A DNA stretch of 64,000 bases, taken from positions 3,712,001-3,776,000 of the forward strand of contig CBDFKD010000002.1 of the NCBI GenBank assembly GCA_965248695.1. Reading direction: 5' to 3'. The translations under genes and the position numbers were made by a program. The notes under the pieces were generated by a model, which worked only from the letters and a program-made list of their open reading frames with translations, made no database searches and was not told where the DNA came from. The first letter of the stretch is position 1; each line of letters begins with the position of its first letter. Origin of the DNA: Acidobacteriota bacterium (GTDB lineage Bacteria; Acidobacteriota; UBA890; WLXD01). This document shows, piece after piece, positions 38,639-48,787 of this stretch.

Positions 38639-39595
38639 CTACGAAGAGATCTCTATCTGAACCTTCAGCGTGCCGCGCCGGTTCGCGTGCTCGAGCGCGG
38701 CGAGGCCGCGCTCCAGCGGGTAGGTAGCGGTAAGCAAGGGCGCCACCGCTACCGCGCCTTCGGCAAGTGCCGCGAGCGCCGGCGCGAACGCTCCACATCG
38801 TGAGCCCACGACACGGATCTCGTCCACTACCAGCGCCGACGCATCGATGTCTAGTCGATCGGCGTAGGTACTCTTGAGCAGCAGCGTGCCGCCGGCTCGC
38901 AACGCCGCCCGCGCCACCGCGAAGCCTTGCGGCTCGCCGCTGCACTCGACCGCGACGTCGAATCCGTTTCCAACGGCGTCGGCATCAGTGGACGTCGCCA
39001 CTTCCAGCTCCTTCAGGAGCGCCAGCTTGGGCTCGTGTCGCCCCAGCACGGTGATGCTCGCTCCGGTCGAGACCAGCGCGCGTGCCACCAACTGCCCGAG
39101 CTTGCCGTCGCCGACTACCACCACCTTGTCGGTCTTGGCGAGCGCCGTCTGCTGAGCGACGTGCTGCGCTGCCGCCAGCGGCTCGGTGAAGGTTGCGTCG
39201 GCATCGCTGAGCGACGCCGGCACCGGGTGGAGATTGCTCACCGGCAGCACCAAGAACTCGGCGAACGCTCCGTCGAGGCCACGGATGCCGAGCACCCGGC
39301 GACGTAGGCAGTGCTTGGGATCGGCGGCGGCGCAGCGCCAACATTCGCCGCAGGACACGTTGATCTCGCCGACCACACGGCGACCGGCAAGCTCCGGCGC
39401 TCCGTCGACTACCTCGCCGACGAACTCGTGGCCCATGATCCCGCGGAACGCTGCATACCCACGCATCAGCTCGAGGTCGGTGCTGCATATGCCAGCGCGC
39501 CGGACCCGGATCAGCGCCTCTCCGGGTCCGGGCCGGGGACGCGGCAGGTCGTCTCGTAGTCGGACGTCGCCGTCGTCGATCCAGAGCCCCCGCAT
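38639..39595 (-). CDS. Zinc-dependent alcohol dehydrogenase
   Basis: GICSTD, GHEFVG, CGECWRC..HC, EPLAAA, GDGKLG, VGSRCG. Confidence 0.9.
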   Translation of the reverse strand: MRGLWIDDGDVRLRDDLPRPRPGPGEALIRVRRAGICSTDLELMRGYAAFRGIMGHEFVGEVVDGAPELAGRRVVGEINVSCGECWRCAAADPKHCLRRRVLGIRGLDGAFAEFLVLPVSNLHPVPASLSDADATFTEPLAAAQHVAQQTALAKTDKVVVVGDGKLGQLVARALVSTGASITVLGRHEPKLALLKELEVATSTDADAVGNGFDVAVECSGEPQGFAVARAALRAGGTLLLKSTYADRLDIDASALVVDEIRVVGSRCGAFAPALAALAEGAVAVAPLLTATYPLERGLAALEHANRRGTLKVQIEISS

Positions 39596-39614
39596 GATGC
39601 TATGTTCTGACGCC

Positions 39615-40580
39615 ATGGATCTCCGTGAATACGATGTCGAGGGCGCGCGCGCGCGGATAGCGGGAGTGGCAATCACCACGCCGCTCCTGCCGTCCGCCTG
39701 GTTGACGGATCTTACCGGGCAACCGACTTGGCTCAAGCTCGAATGTCTGCAGGTCACCGGCTCGTTCAAGCTCCGCGGTGCCACGAATCGGGTGCTCAGC
39801 CTCGACGACGATCAACGGAGCCGCGGAATTATCGCAACATCGAGTGGTAACCACGGGCTTGCGACCGCGTATGTTGCCGCCCGCGAAGGGCTCACGGCGA
39901 CGATCTGTGTGCCCGAATGGGTCGACCCGGCGAAGCTCAGTGCGATCCGCGAGTTCGGTGCCGAGGCGATTGTCGAAGGCGCGACGGCGGAGGCAGCCGA
40001 GGAGATCTCCCTGCGACTCGCCCGCGAGCGCGACCTCACGTATGTGCACCCCTTCGATCAACCGGAGGTCATTGCCGCGCAGGCGACGATCGGACGCGAG
40101 ATTCTCGAGCAGCATCCGGGGGTCGATCACGTCGTCGTGCCGATGGGGGGCGGCGGCTTGCTCGCCGGGGTTGCGGTGGGTCTCAAGACCGTCGATCCAC
40201 GCATCCGAGTCACCGGGGTGTCCGCCGACCGTGCCGCCGTACTGGCGCGCAGCGTGGAAGCCGGCAAGCTGGTGAGCTTGCCCGAGCAGGAGACGCTGGC
40301 GACCGCATTGGCCGGCAACCTCGGTCCGGAGAACCATCACACCCTGAGGTTGGCCACCGAGCTGGTCGACGACTATGTCGAGGTGACCGAGGAGCAGATC
40401 GCGGCAGCGATGCGGTTCGCGTTTCATCGTCACCGCCTCGTGGTCGAGGGCGGTGGGTCCGTCGCGCTTGCCGCTGTCCTTGCCGGGCGGCTGGAGCCCG
40501 ATAGCAAGACGGCGCTCGTTGTGTCGGGAGGCAACATCGATCTGGCGCGGTTCGCCGCCGTGGTCGCCGACGAAGGCTAG
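39615..40580 (+). CDS. Threonine/serine dehydratase family PLP enzyme (catabolic type, no ACT domain)
   Basis: KLECLQVTGSFKLRGA, SSGNHG, HPFD, PMGGGGL, VSGGNID. Confidence 0.9.
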   Translation: MDLREYDVEGARARIAGVAITTPLLPSAWLTDLTGQPTWLKLECLQVTGSFKLRGATNRVLSLDDDQRSRGIIATSSGNHGLATAYVAAREGLTATICVPEWVDPAKLSAIREFGAEAIVEGATAEAAEEISLRLARERDLTYVHPFDQPEVIAAQATIGREILEQHPGVDHVVVPMGGGGLLAGVAVGLKTVDPRIRVTGVSADRAAVLARSVEAGKLVSLPEQETLATALAGNLGPENHHTLRLATELVDDYVEVTEEQIAAAMRFAFHRHRLVVEGGGSVALAAVLAGRLEPDSKTALVVSGGNIDLARFAAVVADEG

Positions 40581-40717
40581 CAGCTCAGCCTTCATCGATC
40601 TCCGTCGGTCTCCTACCGATGGGCCTGCTGGGACGAAGAGATCCTCGTTTTCGGTGGATTCAGATACCAAAAGAGGCCATTAGAGGCGTTTAATGTCTTT
40701 CGATGCGTTTTAAAGCT

Positions 40718-40765
40718 TGCAACAGGTATCGAAATCACGATATCTGTTTGTCGATACCTATTGCA
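40718..40765. promoter_or_regulatory. Inverted repeat upstream of a hypothetical gene
   Basis: TGCAACAGGTATCGA-N18-TCGATACCTATTGCA (14/15 match) in an AT-richer intergenic region. Confidence 0.5.
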
Positions 40766-40807
40766 GTTCATCGAACGCCAACGCAGTGCGTACCGGAGGA
40801 AGCAACA

Positions 40808-41296
40808 ATGAGCGAAGGTATGGACCAACTTCAGCAGGCCATCGAGGGCTGGGAAAAGCGGTACTCAGCCGCCGTGCTAGCTCAGCGTGAGGCCGACATC
40901 GTGCTGCCCTTCTTGCGTGCCGCGGTCGAGGAGCTCGACGCGTTCCGCAAGAGCGGCGGCAACGCCGAGACGGTGGCGCCGACGTCGGAACCCGTGAGCG
41001 TGCCGCAGCCTGATCCGGTCGCGGTGCCCGAGACGGTCGCCGTCGATCCGGAGCCCATGCCTGTCTTTGCGGCCCCCGAGACTGCCCCCGCGCCGCTCGA
41101 GTCGGTTGATGTTATCGAGACGACGCCGACGCCGTTCCCGGGCATGCCCAACGATGGGGCGGCCACCGCACTCGCCGAGGCCATTCTCAGCGACGATGCG
41201 GACGAGCCGGATAACGACTCGATCTCGTCGGCCTTCGGGCGCAAGTCGATCGCCTCGTTGATCGAAGAGGCCGAGAACAAGGAAGCTGCCAGCTGA
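40808..41296 (+). CDS. Hypothetical acidic Pro-rich protein
   Basis: GGAGG RBS, N-terminal helix, P/E/T/V-rich linker, C-terminal helix; GC3-biased codons. Confidence 0.65.
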   Translation: MSEGMDQLQQAIEGWEKRYSAAVLAQREADIVLPFLRAAVEELDAFRKSGGNAETVAPTSEPVSVPQPDPVAVPETVAVDPEPMPVFAAPETAPAPLESVDVIETTPTPFPGMPNDGAATALAEAILSDDADEPDNDSISSAFGRKSIASLIEEAENKEAAS

Positions 41297-41312
41297 ACGC
41301 TGGTCGCAGTCG

Positions 41313-41630
41313 TCAGACGAGAGCGCCGAGCTTCGTCGCCAGCATGAAGTCGCCGGCGATCTTGATGCGTCCCATCAAGAACGCCGTCTGCGGGTTCACG
41401 CTGCCGTCCATGATCCCGGCGAGATCGTCGCGGCTGACGGTGATCACGCAGTCGGCATCGTCCGCGGCGCCAGAACGGACGCTCCCGGGGGCGGCTTTCA
41501 GGTCGACGACCCAGGAGCCCCCCTGTTCGCCGCTGACATCGAACTGATAGACGGCGCCTACCGCATCCACGAGCTGTGGCCGCTGCTCGATGCGGCTCGC
41601 CAGTTCTTCAAAGACACTGCCCGGATCCAT
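41313..41630 (-). CDS. SCP2 sterol/lipid-binding domain protein
   Basis: YQFDVSG..GG.W.VD, NPQTAFLMGRIKIAGD..LA.KL. Confidence 0.88.
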   Translation of the reverse strand: MDPGSVFEELASRIEQRPQLVDAVGAVYQFDVSGEQGGSWVVDLKAAPGSVRSGAADDADCVITVSRDDLAGIMDGSVNPQTAFLMGRIKIAGDFMLATKLGALV

Positions 41631-41693
41631 TCATTGCTCCTGTGACCGTTGCCCATCAGGCCGCCTGAGTCGCCATGGTACTCTTCGGCCGTT

Positions 41694-42767
41694 ATGGGGG
41701 TGGGCGAGCGAATCTCGGTTGCCGTCCTGCTCGGCGGCGAGAGCGCCGAACACGACGTGTCGGTTTGCAGCGGGCTGAACGTTCTGGATGCGCTCGATCC
41801 GGCGCGCTTCGACGGTCATCCCGTCTACATCGACCGGGACGGGAACTGGCACTTCGACCATCGCCCCGCCACCCCTGACCTTTCCCGCGCGCCCGGAGAG
41901 GAGCCGCCCGGCGCTCGCACGCGTTCGTCGCCTCAAGTGACACCGACTGGCGGCGCCTTCGAACGCCTGCGCGAGCCCGGTCTGGACGTCGTCTTCGTGG
42001 CCCTACACGGGCCCGGAGGCGAGGACGGCGCCATGCAAGGGATGCTCGACCTGGCGGGCGTTCCGTATACCGGTTCCGGCGTTCTGGCGTCGGCGCTGGC
42101 GATGGACAAGGCGCGTACGAAACGCTACCTGCGAGCCACCGGAGTCGCGGTGCCCGACGACACGGTGGCGCAATACGCCAGCGACGATCCTTCGGACCTG
42201 CGAGCAGCTGTCGATCGTATCGGGCTGCCATGCGTGGTGAAGCCGGTCGCCTCGGGCTCTTCGGTTGGCGTGCACATTGCCCGCGATCGCGCCGAGCTGG
42301 CAGCGGTGCTCGGCGCCGATTTCGGCGATGGCGAGATCGTACTTGTCGAGAGCTACCTGGAGGGCGTGGAGGTAACCTGCGGAGTGCTCGGAGGCGGGCG
42401 CGAGCCCACGCAGGCGCTTCCGCTCACCGAAATCAGACCTCTTGACGGGGAGTTTTTCGATTTCCGCGCCAAGTACACGACCGATGCGTGCCGTGAGATC
42501 ACTCCGGCTGAGGTCGATCACGAGACAGCGACTCGCGTCCAGGAGCTGGCGGTAGTGGCGCACCAGGCGCTCGGGTGCGAAGGCATGTCGCGCAGCGACT
42601 TCATCCTGTCGGCGCGTGGCCCGATGATGCTCGAGCTCAACACGATCCCGGGCCTGACCGAGACCAGTCTGTTGCCCCAGGGTGCGGCGGCTGCGGGAAT
42701 CCCGTTCGCGGCGCTGATCGAGAGGCTGATCCACTCGGCGCGCCGGCGCGCCGGGCGCATCCCTTAG
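41694..42767 (+). CDS. ddl: D-alanine--D-alanine ligase
   Basis: GGESAEHDVS, LHGPGGEDG, ASALAMDK, VKP..GSSVGV, AKY, RSDF, ELNTIPG. Confidence 0.93.
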   Translation: MGVGERISVAVLLGGESAEHDVSVCSGLNVLDALDPARFDGHPVYIDRDGNWHFDHRPATPDLSRAPGEEPPGARTRSSPQVTPTGGAFERLREPGLDVVFVALHGPGGEDGAMQGMLDLAGVPYTGSGVLASALAMDKARTKRYLRATGVAVPDDTVAQYASDDPSDLRAAVDRIGLPCVVKPVASGSSVGVHIARDRAELAAVLGADFGDGEIVLVESYLEGVEVTCGVLGGGREPTQALPLTEIRPLDGEFFDFRAKYTTDACREITPAEVDHETATRVQELAVVAHQALGCEGMSRSDFILSARGPMMLELNTIPGLTETSLLPQGAAAAGIPFAALIERLIHSARRRAGRIP

Positions 42768-42798
42768 CCGCTGCGGGCCGGTGGGGACCGCCCAGCTG

Positions 42799-44307
42799 CT
42801 AACCGGACGATCTCAGACGTCGCCACACCGCCGGCTGTAGCAGCACCAGGACGGTCATGACCTCCAGGCGACCGATCCACATGTTCAGGAACAGCACCAC
42901 CTTGGTGGCGGTCGGGAAGGTGGCGTACGTGCTCATGGGGCCGACCATTCCGAATCCGGGCCCAATGTTGCCCAGTGTGGCGATCGACGCGGTGATGGCG
43001 GTGAGAATATCGGCGCCGAAAACCGTCACCAGCAGGACGCTGATGACAAAGACCAGTATGTAAAGCAGCAGAAACGTGACGATGGCCCGCAGCACCTTCG
43101 GCGGCACGACGCGCCGATTGAAGCGCACCGGATTCACCGCCCGCGGGTGCAGCACGCGCACCAACTCGGCGGCGGCGTACTTGAAGATCAACAGTACGCG
43201 CACAACCTTCGGGCCACCGGCAGCGGAGCCTGCCGAGCCGCCGATAAACATCAGGATCAGCAGGACCACGCGTGCCTGGTCGTTCCAAAGATTGAAATCA
43301 TCGGTGGCAAAGCCTGCCCCCGTAACGATCGTGAGCACCTGGAAAACCGCCTGTCGCAGCACGGTGAGCGGCGCCGCTTCGGTCAGAACGCCAAGGCTGG
43401 TACTGGCGCCGAGGTACTCGGGGCTGGGCTCGCGGCTGAACGGTAGCAGGACGTAGGTGAGCAGCAGCGTCGCTACGATCACCAGTACCGCGTAGGCGCG
43501 GAACTCCTCGTCACGGAACAGGTCGAGCGGTCGGCCGCGGATGGCACGGTACTGCAGGGAGTAGTTGGCGCCGGCCAGAAAAATGAAGAAGACGAACACC
43601 CATTCCGCTGCCGGATTGGCGTAGCCACCGATGCTCTGCGGATGGAGCGAGAACCCGCCCGCGGCAACGGTGGTCAACGAGCTGCAAACGGCGTCGAAAA
43701 CCGGCATCCCGACCGCCACAAGGGCGATTACCTGGACGACCGTCATGCCGACGTAGAGCGACCAGAGTGCAATGGCGGTGTGGCGGATGCGCGGCGTGAG
43801 CCGCTCCTCCTGCGGCCCCGGCGCTTCGGCGAAGAACATCTGGCGGCCGGCAATCGCCAGGCGTGGAAGAACGGCGATGAAGAGCGCGATGACGCCCATG
43901 CCGCCGAACCACTGGGTCATGCTGCGCCACAGAAACAGCCCTTCCTGGTAGCGCGAGAAGTCGGTGAGAATCGTAGCGCCTGTGGTCGTGAGACCCGACA
44001 TCGACTCGAACAGCGAGTCGATCAAGCTCAGCCCGTTCCACAGATACGGAATCGCGCTGAAAAACGAAACCACCAGCCAGGCCGACGCCACCACCATGAT
44101 GCCCTCGACACGGTGGAGCTCGGCGCCTTTCGGGTGCATGCGCCGGGCAAGCTCGCCGAAGACGGCCGCGCTGACGGCGGCGATGAGGAAGCCGATCGAT
44201 GCGTCCCAATTGCCGTAGGCCCAGTCGACCAGCATCGGCAACAGCAGAAAGATCCCGAAAGCCCGTAGAAGCAGACCGTCGACATGAGCGACGAGGCGGA
44301 GGCGCAT
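42799..44307 (-). CDS. trkH: Trk potassium uptake membrane subunit
   Basis: FESMSGLTTTGAT, QWFGGMG, AGGFS, GSAAGGPK, LGNIGPG, GRLE. Confidence 0.93.
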   Translation of the reverse strand: MRLRLVAHVDGLLLRAFGIFLLLPMLVDWAYGNWDASIGFLIAAVSAAVFGELARRMHPKGAELHRVEGIMVVASAWLVVSFFSAIPYLWNGLSLIDSLFESMSGLTTTGATILTDFSRYQEGLFLWRSMTQWFGGMGVIALFIAVLPRLAIAGRQMFFAEAPGPQEERLTPRIRHTAIALWSLYVGMTVVQVIALVAVGMPVFDAVCSSLTTVAAGGFSLHPQSIGGYANPAAEWVFVFFIFLAGANYSLQYRAIRGRPLDLFRDEEFRAYAVLVIVATLLLTYVLLPFSREPSPEYLGASTSLGVLTEAAPLTVLRQAVFQVLTIVTGAGFATDDFNLWNDQARVVLLILMFIGGSAGSAAGGPKVVRVLLIFKYAAAELVRVLHPRAVNPVRFNRRVVPPKVLRAIVTFLLLYILVFVISVLLVTVFGADILTAITASIATLGNIGPGFGMVGPMSTYATFPTATKVVLFLNMWIGRLEVMTVLVLLQPAVWRRLRSSG

Positions 44308-44312
44308 CGCGG

Positions 44313-45647
44313 TCAGAAGAGCTTGCGGAGCTTGTCGTGGGCTGTCTCGGTCGAGAACACCAGCAACCGATCGCCCGGTTCGATCATGTCGTCGCCATGG
44401 GGAACCGTCGTGCGGTCAGCACGAGTCACCGCCACGATAATCGAGCCCTCGATGCGGGGTAGGTTCCGCACGCGAGTGCGCTCGAAGTGCTCCGACACAT
44501 TCATCTCGATCACCGCTGCCTGTCCGCCTTCGATGCTGGCAAGCAGCTGAACTCCCGTCTCCTGCAGAGAGTTCAACACCACGTTGATCGCCGTGACCAT
44601 CGGGTTGAGCGGCACGTCGATTCCGACGCGCTCGAAAAGACGGATGTTCCGTTTGCGGTTCACGCGCGTGATGATCTTCGGCACGTCCATCTGGCGAGCG
44701 AGCAGCGAGCAGAGCAGATTGCTTTGATCGTTGCTGGTGACCGACACCAGGACATTCGAGCGGTCGACCTGCTCCGCTTCCAGCAACGCCAGGTCGGTGC
44801 CGTCGCCGTGCAGCACCAGGGCCCGAGGGAGCTCGGCGGCGAGGTGCTCGCTGCGGTCTCGATCGCGTTCGATGATCTTCAAGCGGTATCCCTTCTCTCT
44901 CGTCAGTCGCTTGGCCAGGGTCAGACCGACCGTACCGCCGCCCACGATAACCACGTCGCGGTCACCATCGGTTCCTTCCGGCCCGCGGATGAAGTTCTCT
45001 CGCAGCTGGCGGAGGCCGCCGCGGTTTCCCATGAAGGCGACCCGGTCGCCGGACTCCAGCTCGGTCTTGCCCGATGGGATGGAGAGCTCATCACCCTTGC
45101 GGACCGCTACCGCCAGCACGCCGAGCGGCAGCTGGAGCCGTGGTAGCGGGCCGATCAACGCCGAATCCTCGCGTAGCTTGAACTCCATGAGCCAGATCCG
45201 GCCGCCGGCGAAGATCTCCACATCGATGGCTCGGGGCACGAGGACGATGCGGGTGATCTCCTCGGCAAGCATGTATTGCGGCCAGATGATGCGATCGATC
45301 GCCAGCGCATCATCGCCCTCGGGGATGCCGGCGAACGACCGTACGTAGTCCTCCTTGGACACGAAGCAGGTCGCGTGCGTGCAGCCGATACGTTTGGCTG
45401 TCAGGCAGGCAATGATGTTGAGCTCGTCCGATGCACGACAGGAGATGAAGCTGTCGCTGCCTGGCGTGCCGGCCTCACGCAGAACCTCCGGATGCGTCGC
45501 ATCGCCGCGAAGAAGCTGGACGTCGAGCGAGCTGAAACGATCCGCCTCCCGCGGGTCGTTCTCGATGATTACGACGTCGTGCTGCTGGTGGAGCGCCAAG
45601 GCCAGCTGATAAGCGATCTCACCGTCGCCGGTGATCACGATCCGCAT
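44313..45647 (-). CDS. trkA: Trk potassium uptake NAD-binding subunit
   Basis: Two RCK_N/RCK_C pairs; IVGGGTVG, GDGTD..LL, DELNIIAC. Confidence 0.92.
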   Translation of the reverse strand: MRIVITGDGEIAYQLALALHQQHDVVIIENDPREADRFSSLDVQLLRGDATHPEVLREAGTPGSDSFISCRASDELNIIACLTAKRIGCTHATCFVSKEDYVRSFAGIPEGDDALAIDRIIWPQYMLAEEITRIVLVPRAIDVEIFAGGRIWLMEFKLREDSALIGPLPRLQLPLGVLAVAVRKGDELSIPSGKTELESGDRVAFMGNRGGLRQLRENFIRGPEGTDGDRDVVIVGGGTVGLTLAKRLTREKGYRLKIIERDRDRSEHLAAELPRALVLHGDGTDLALLEAEQVDRSNVLVSVTSNDQSNLLCSLLARQMDVPKIITRVNRKRNIRLFERVGIDVPLNPMVTAINVVLNSLQETGVQLLASIEGGQAAVIEMNVSEHFERTRVRNLPRIEGSIIVAVTRADRTTVPHGDDMIEPGDRLLVFSTETAHDKLRKLF

Positions 45648-45818
45648 GAGGTTCCTTTATGCTGGAAGATCGCGGCTGGCAAAGAGGCCGAACCGGTCGA
45701 GCGGCCCCAATTGTGGCACCTGGGACGCGGCCGGGCGAACCTGCCGAGCGCCTCCGCCCTGACCCACCAACGATGCCCACCCGCGGGCGACGAACGCCGG
45801 CTACGAGCAGGAGACGGA

Positions 45819-46700
45819 ATGAACCGCATAGTTCCCGCGATGGTGGCGCTGCTGATGGTGATGATCGGCACGACCATGGGGGTCTGGGTAGCCCGCTCCC
45901 CGGATCCGGGGGCGCAATCAGACTCGGCGTACGGCTATGCCGCCGAGAGCCTCAACGCCGTGGCCTGGGTGCAGACCGCGGGTGAGTACGAAGCGAGCGC
46001 GCGTCAGGCGTACACCATCGCGTCGCTGATGCTCGAGCGGGCGTTGGCGGATCCGACTTGGACGGCCTCGCTGGAACAGGCTGCCAGCGGCGGTTATGAG
46101 TCCTTACCGCCGGCCGTGATCCTCGACGTCGACGAGACGGTGCTGGACAACTCTCCCAATCAGGTTCGCCAGGTGCTCGATGACCGTGATTTCGCCACCC
46201 CCGCATGGCAGGCATGGGTACGCGAGGAAAAGGCCGGGCTCGTGCCAGGCGCCCTGGAGTTCACGCGACAGGCGGCGGCTCGCGGGATCCGGGTGTTCTA
46301 CGTCACCAACCGGCGCCACGAGGTTGAGGAAGCAACGCACGGGAACCTCGCGCGCCATGGGTTTCCGCTCGAGGCGGGGTTCGACACGGTATACACGCGT
46401 GACGAGCGTGAGGACTGGGGCTCCGACAAGGGGACTCGGCGTGTGGCGGTGGGGCGCGAGCATCGCGTGCTGCTGCTGATCGGCGACGCGCTCGGAGACT
46501 TTGTGTCGGGCGGTGACGCTGCCGTCGCGGAGCGCCAGAGACTGGTGCGCGGGCACGCCGACTACTGGGGTAGCCGGTGGATCGTGTTGCCCAACCCGCA
46601 GTACGGCGCCTGGGACGGGGCATTGATCGGATTCGACTTTGCGCTGTCACGGGAAGAGAAACGCGCTCTGAAGCGCGCCGCGCTCGACCCGGCACGCTGA
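45819..46700 (+). CDS. Class C acid phosphatase / e(P4)-type 5'-nucleotidase (HAD)
   Basis: ILDVDETVLDNS, FYVTNR, IGD..GDF, LPNPQYGAW; N-terminal anchor. Confidence 0.88.
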   Translation: MNRIVPAMVALLMVMIGTTMGVWVARSPDPGAQSDSAYGYAAESLNAVAWVQTAGEYEASARQAYTIASLMLERALADPTWTASLEQAASGGYESLPPAVILDVDETVLDNSPNQVRQVLDDRDFATPAWQAWVREEKAGLVPGALEFTRQAAARGIRVFYVTNRRHEVEEATHGNLARHGFPLEAGFDTVYTRDEREDWGSDKGTRRVAVGREHRVLLLIGDALGDFVSGGDAAVAERQRLVRGHADYWGSRWIVLPNPQYGAWDGALIGFDFALSREEKRALKRAALDPAR

Positions 46701-46780
46701 CCGCCGAGCTGCCCGCGGCCAGGTGGCGGTGGTCACGCGCACTCCCGGCGGTACCGGGCATGCCAGCGGACCCGTGCTGG

Positions 46781-47329
46781 CTAGGAGGCGCGGAAAAGCG
46801 CCGCGATTTCGGCGTGCAGCTCGCGCGTCATGGCGGTGACCGCGTCATCGATCGCGCCTAGCTCGATCGCATTGGCCACATCACGGTAGTAGCGCGCCTG
46901 AAGCTCCCGGGGCCGGGAGAATCGGTCCCAGAACGCGTTGCCGAGCAGCGCCTCGCCACGACTCATTGAGCGGACGTTGTCGAGCTTGTCGGCGCACGCC
47001 AGCAGCAGCATGTCCTGGCTCGCCGTGCCAAGCCGGTCGATCGTGCCGGACTTGCGCTCCTCCCAGGGGGCGGCGCGGTTTGGCTCTGTCACCGCGTCCA
47101 CCAGCATCCTCACATCGGTGCCGAAGAGGCGCTCGATCTGGTCGAGGGTGGTGTCGGTGTCCTCCACCGTGTCGTGTAGCACTCCGGCGATCGCCAGGGA
47201 GTCGGATGCCCCCGTTTCGATCAGGAGGGTCGATACCCGCAGCGGATGGACGATGTACGGCACGCGCGACCCCTTGCGGTATTGACCGGCGTGAGCCCGA
47301 GTTGCGAACTCGATGGCATCGAATAGCAA
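46781..47329 (-). CDS. HD-domain small alarmone hydrolase (Mesh1/SAH-like)
   Basis: AH.GQ.RK...PYI.HP, LHDTVEDT, ADKLDN; stand-alone RelA/SpoT hydrolase domain. Confidence 0.82.
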   Translation of the reverse strand: MLFDAIEFATRAHAGQYRKGSRVPYIVHPLRVSTLLIETGASDSLAIAGVLHDTVEDTDTTLDQIERLFGTDVRMLVDAVTEPNRAAPWEERKSGTIDRLGTASQDMLLLACADKLDNVRSMSRGEALLGNAFWDRFSRPRELQARYYRDVANAIELGAIDDAVTAMTRELHAEIAALFRAS

Positions 47330-47337
47330 TTAAGCCA

Positions 47338-48729
47338 CTACTCTGGGCGCCGGTTGTTCTCTGCTCCCTCGGTGATCCAGGTGCGGATGCTGGCGATCTG
47401 TGCCGCTGACAGCGGACTGCGGTTTAGCGGCATGCGACCACCGCTGATTCCAGAAGTGCCCTCGATCTTGCGTACCAGGTAGCTGTTCTCGGGGTCACCG
47501 GATGCGACGCGATTGAGCGCCGGCTGCTGGCTGCTGGGCACGCCGACAATGTTGTTGATCGCTGATCCGGCGGCGAGCACGAGACCACCGGCGGCGCTGC
47601 CGGAGGAGTGGCAGCCGGCCAGGGCGCAGCTCTGGTCAAAGATCGGCTGCACCACCGCGGCGAAGCTCACGGCGTTGCCACCACCGCCGTCGCTGGCCGC
47701 CGTCAGCGCGCCGGCGCGCTCGCCGGTTTGGCCGTCGGCGCCCACCACCAGCACGTCCGCAGTCGTCCCGTCCGCGACCGTGTCGCTCGGTGTGATCAAG
47801 ACGTCGAGCTGCTTGGAGGATTTGAACTCGACGCTGTCGACCGAGAACGCACTGTCACTGACGTGGACGTTCGATCCGACGACGAAGTTCTTGCCGCGCA
47901 CGACGACCGTGTTCGACTGACCGACGGTGACGTCGCGCAGCGCGCTGCGTTGAACGCCGGTGACCTTGAGCGGCTTCCCCTTGCTGCCTGCCGGCTTGAG
48001 CTTCACTTTGCTGTTGGCTCCGTTGGCGATGATCTTGCCGCCCAGCTGGTTGTTGCCCTTCTGCAATGACAGGTCGAGCCCCAGGTCTCCAGAGCCCAGC
48101 TCGATCGTGCCGTTCAGGCCCGCCCGCCCGGCTCGCCGGTCGGCCGTGGCGACTACCTCGCCGGTCTCGCCATCGACTACAGCATGTCCCCCCACGGTTC
48201 CGTCGCCGTTGTCGGTCAGCTGCAGCAGCAGGAAGATCGACTTGCCACCCAGCTTCACCGTACCGGCCCAGAGCTTCTGCAACGGGACCTCCGGGCTCAC
48301 GGCGACGAACTCGGCCGAGCCCTTGACGGCGCCGGAAGCCTTACCTTTCAGCACCCCCGACTTCGAGCTCAGCTTGAACGTGGTCGTGCTGCGGCTCCGG
48401 CGCAGCGGCGTGGCGTCGTCTACACGGAACTGGATGCTCTTCGTAGTCGCCTTGGTGAAGTCCGCGGCCAGCACGTCGACCCCGCTCGGCGAGGAACCGA
48501 AGTCGTTCTGCATGACGACGAACCCGATCGGACTGTCGCCCACGTTGAGGTTCAACTGCACCAGGACGCGGTCCTTTCCGGCCTTGATGGTGCCGACCCA
48601 AGCGCCGTCGAAGGCGCTCTCGAAGAACGCCTCGTTCTGCGGAGAGCCGGAAACCGCGAGCGGCAGGGTGATCGTGATCGCTAGTGCCATCGCGGCGGCC
48701 GACGTCGGCCGAGGAATCCACATAGTCAT
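47338..48729 (-). CDS. Secreted beta-rich protein with C-terminal c-type cytochrome domain (CX4CH)
   Basis: Signal peptide; C-terminus SFAAVVQPIFDQSCALAGCH...GDPENSYLVRKI...RMP...IRTWITEGA. Confidence 0.75.
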   Translation of the reverse strand: MTMWIPRPTSAAAMALAITITLPLAVSGSPQNEAFFESAFDGAWVGTIKAGKDRVLVQLNLNVGDSPIGFVVMQNDFGSSPSGVDVLAADFTKATTKSIQFRVDDATPLRRSRSTTTFKLSSKSGVLKGKASGAVKGSAEFVAVSPEVPLQKLWAGTVKLGGKSIFLLLQLTDNGDGTVGGHAVVDGETGEVVATADRRAGRAGLNGTIELGSGDLGLDLSLQKGNNQLGGKIIANGANSKVKLKPAGSKGKPLKVTGVQRSALRDVTVGQSNTVVVRGKNFVVGSNVHVSDSAFSVDSVEFKSSKQLDVLITPSDTVADGTTADVLVVGADGQTGERAGALTAASDGGGGNAVSFAAVVQPIFDQSCALAGCHSSGSAAGGLVLAAGSAINNIVGVPSSQQPALNRVASGDPENSYLVRKIEGTSGISGGRMPLNRSPLSAAQIASIRTWITEGAENNRRPE

Positions 48730-48787
48730 TGGAGGGTACCTGCTGAGTTCGGCGCCGCGGTCTGCGGCGGGGAGAGTTCGATGCCGG

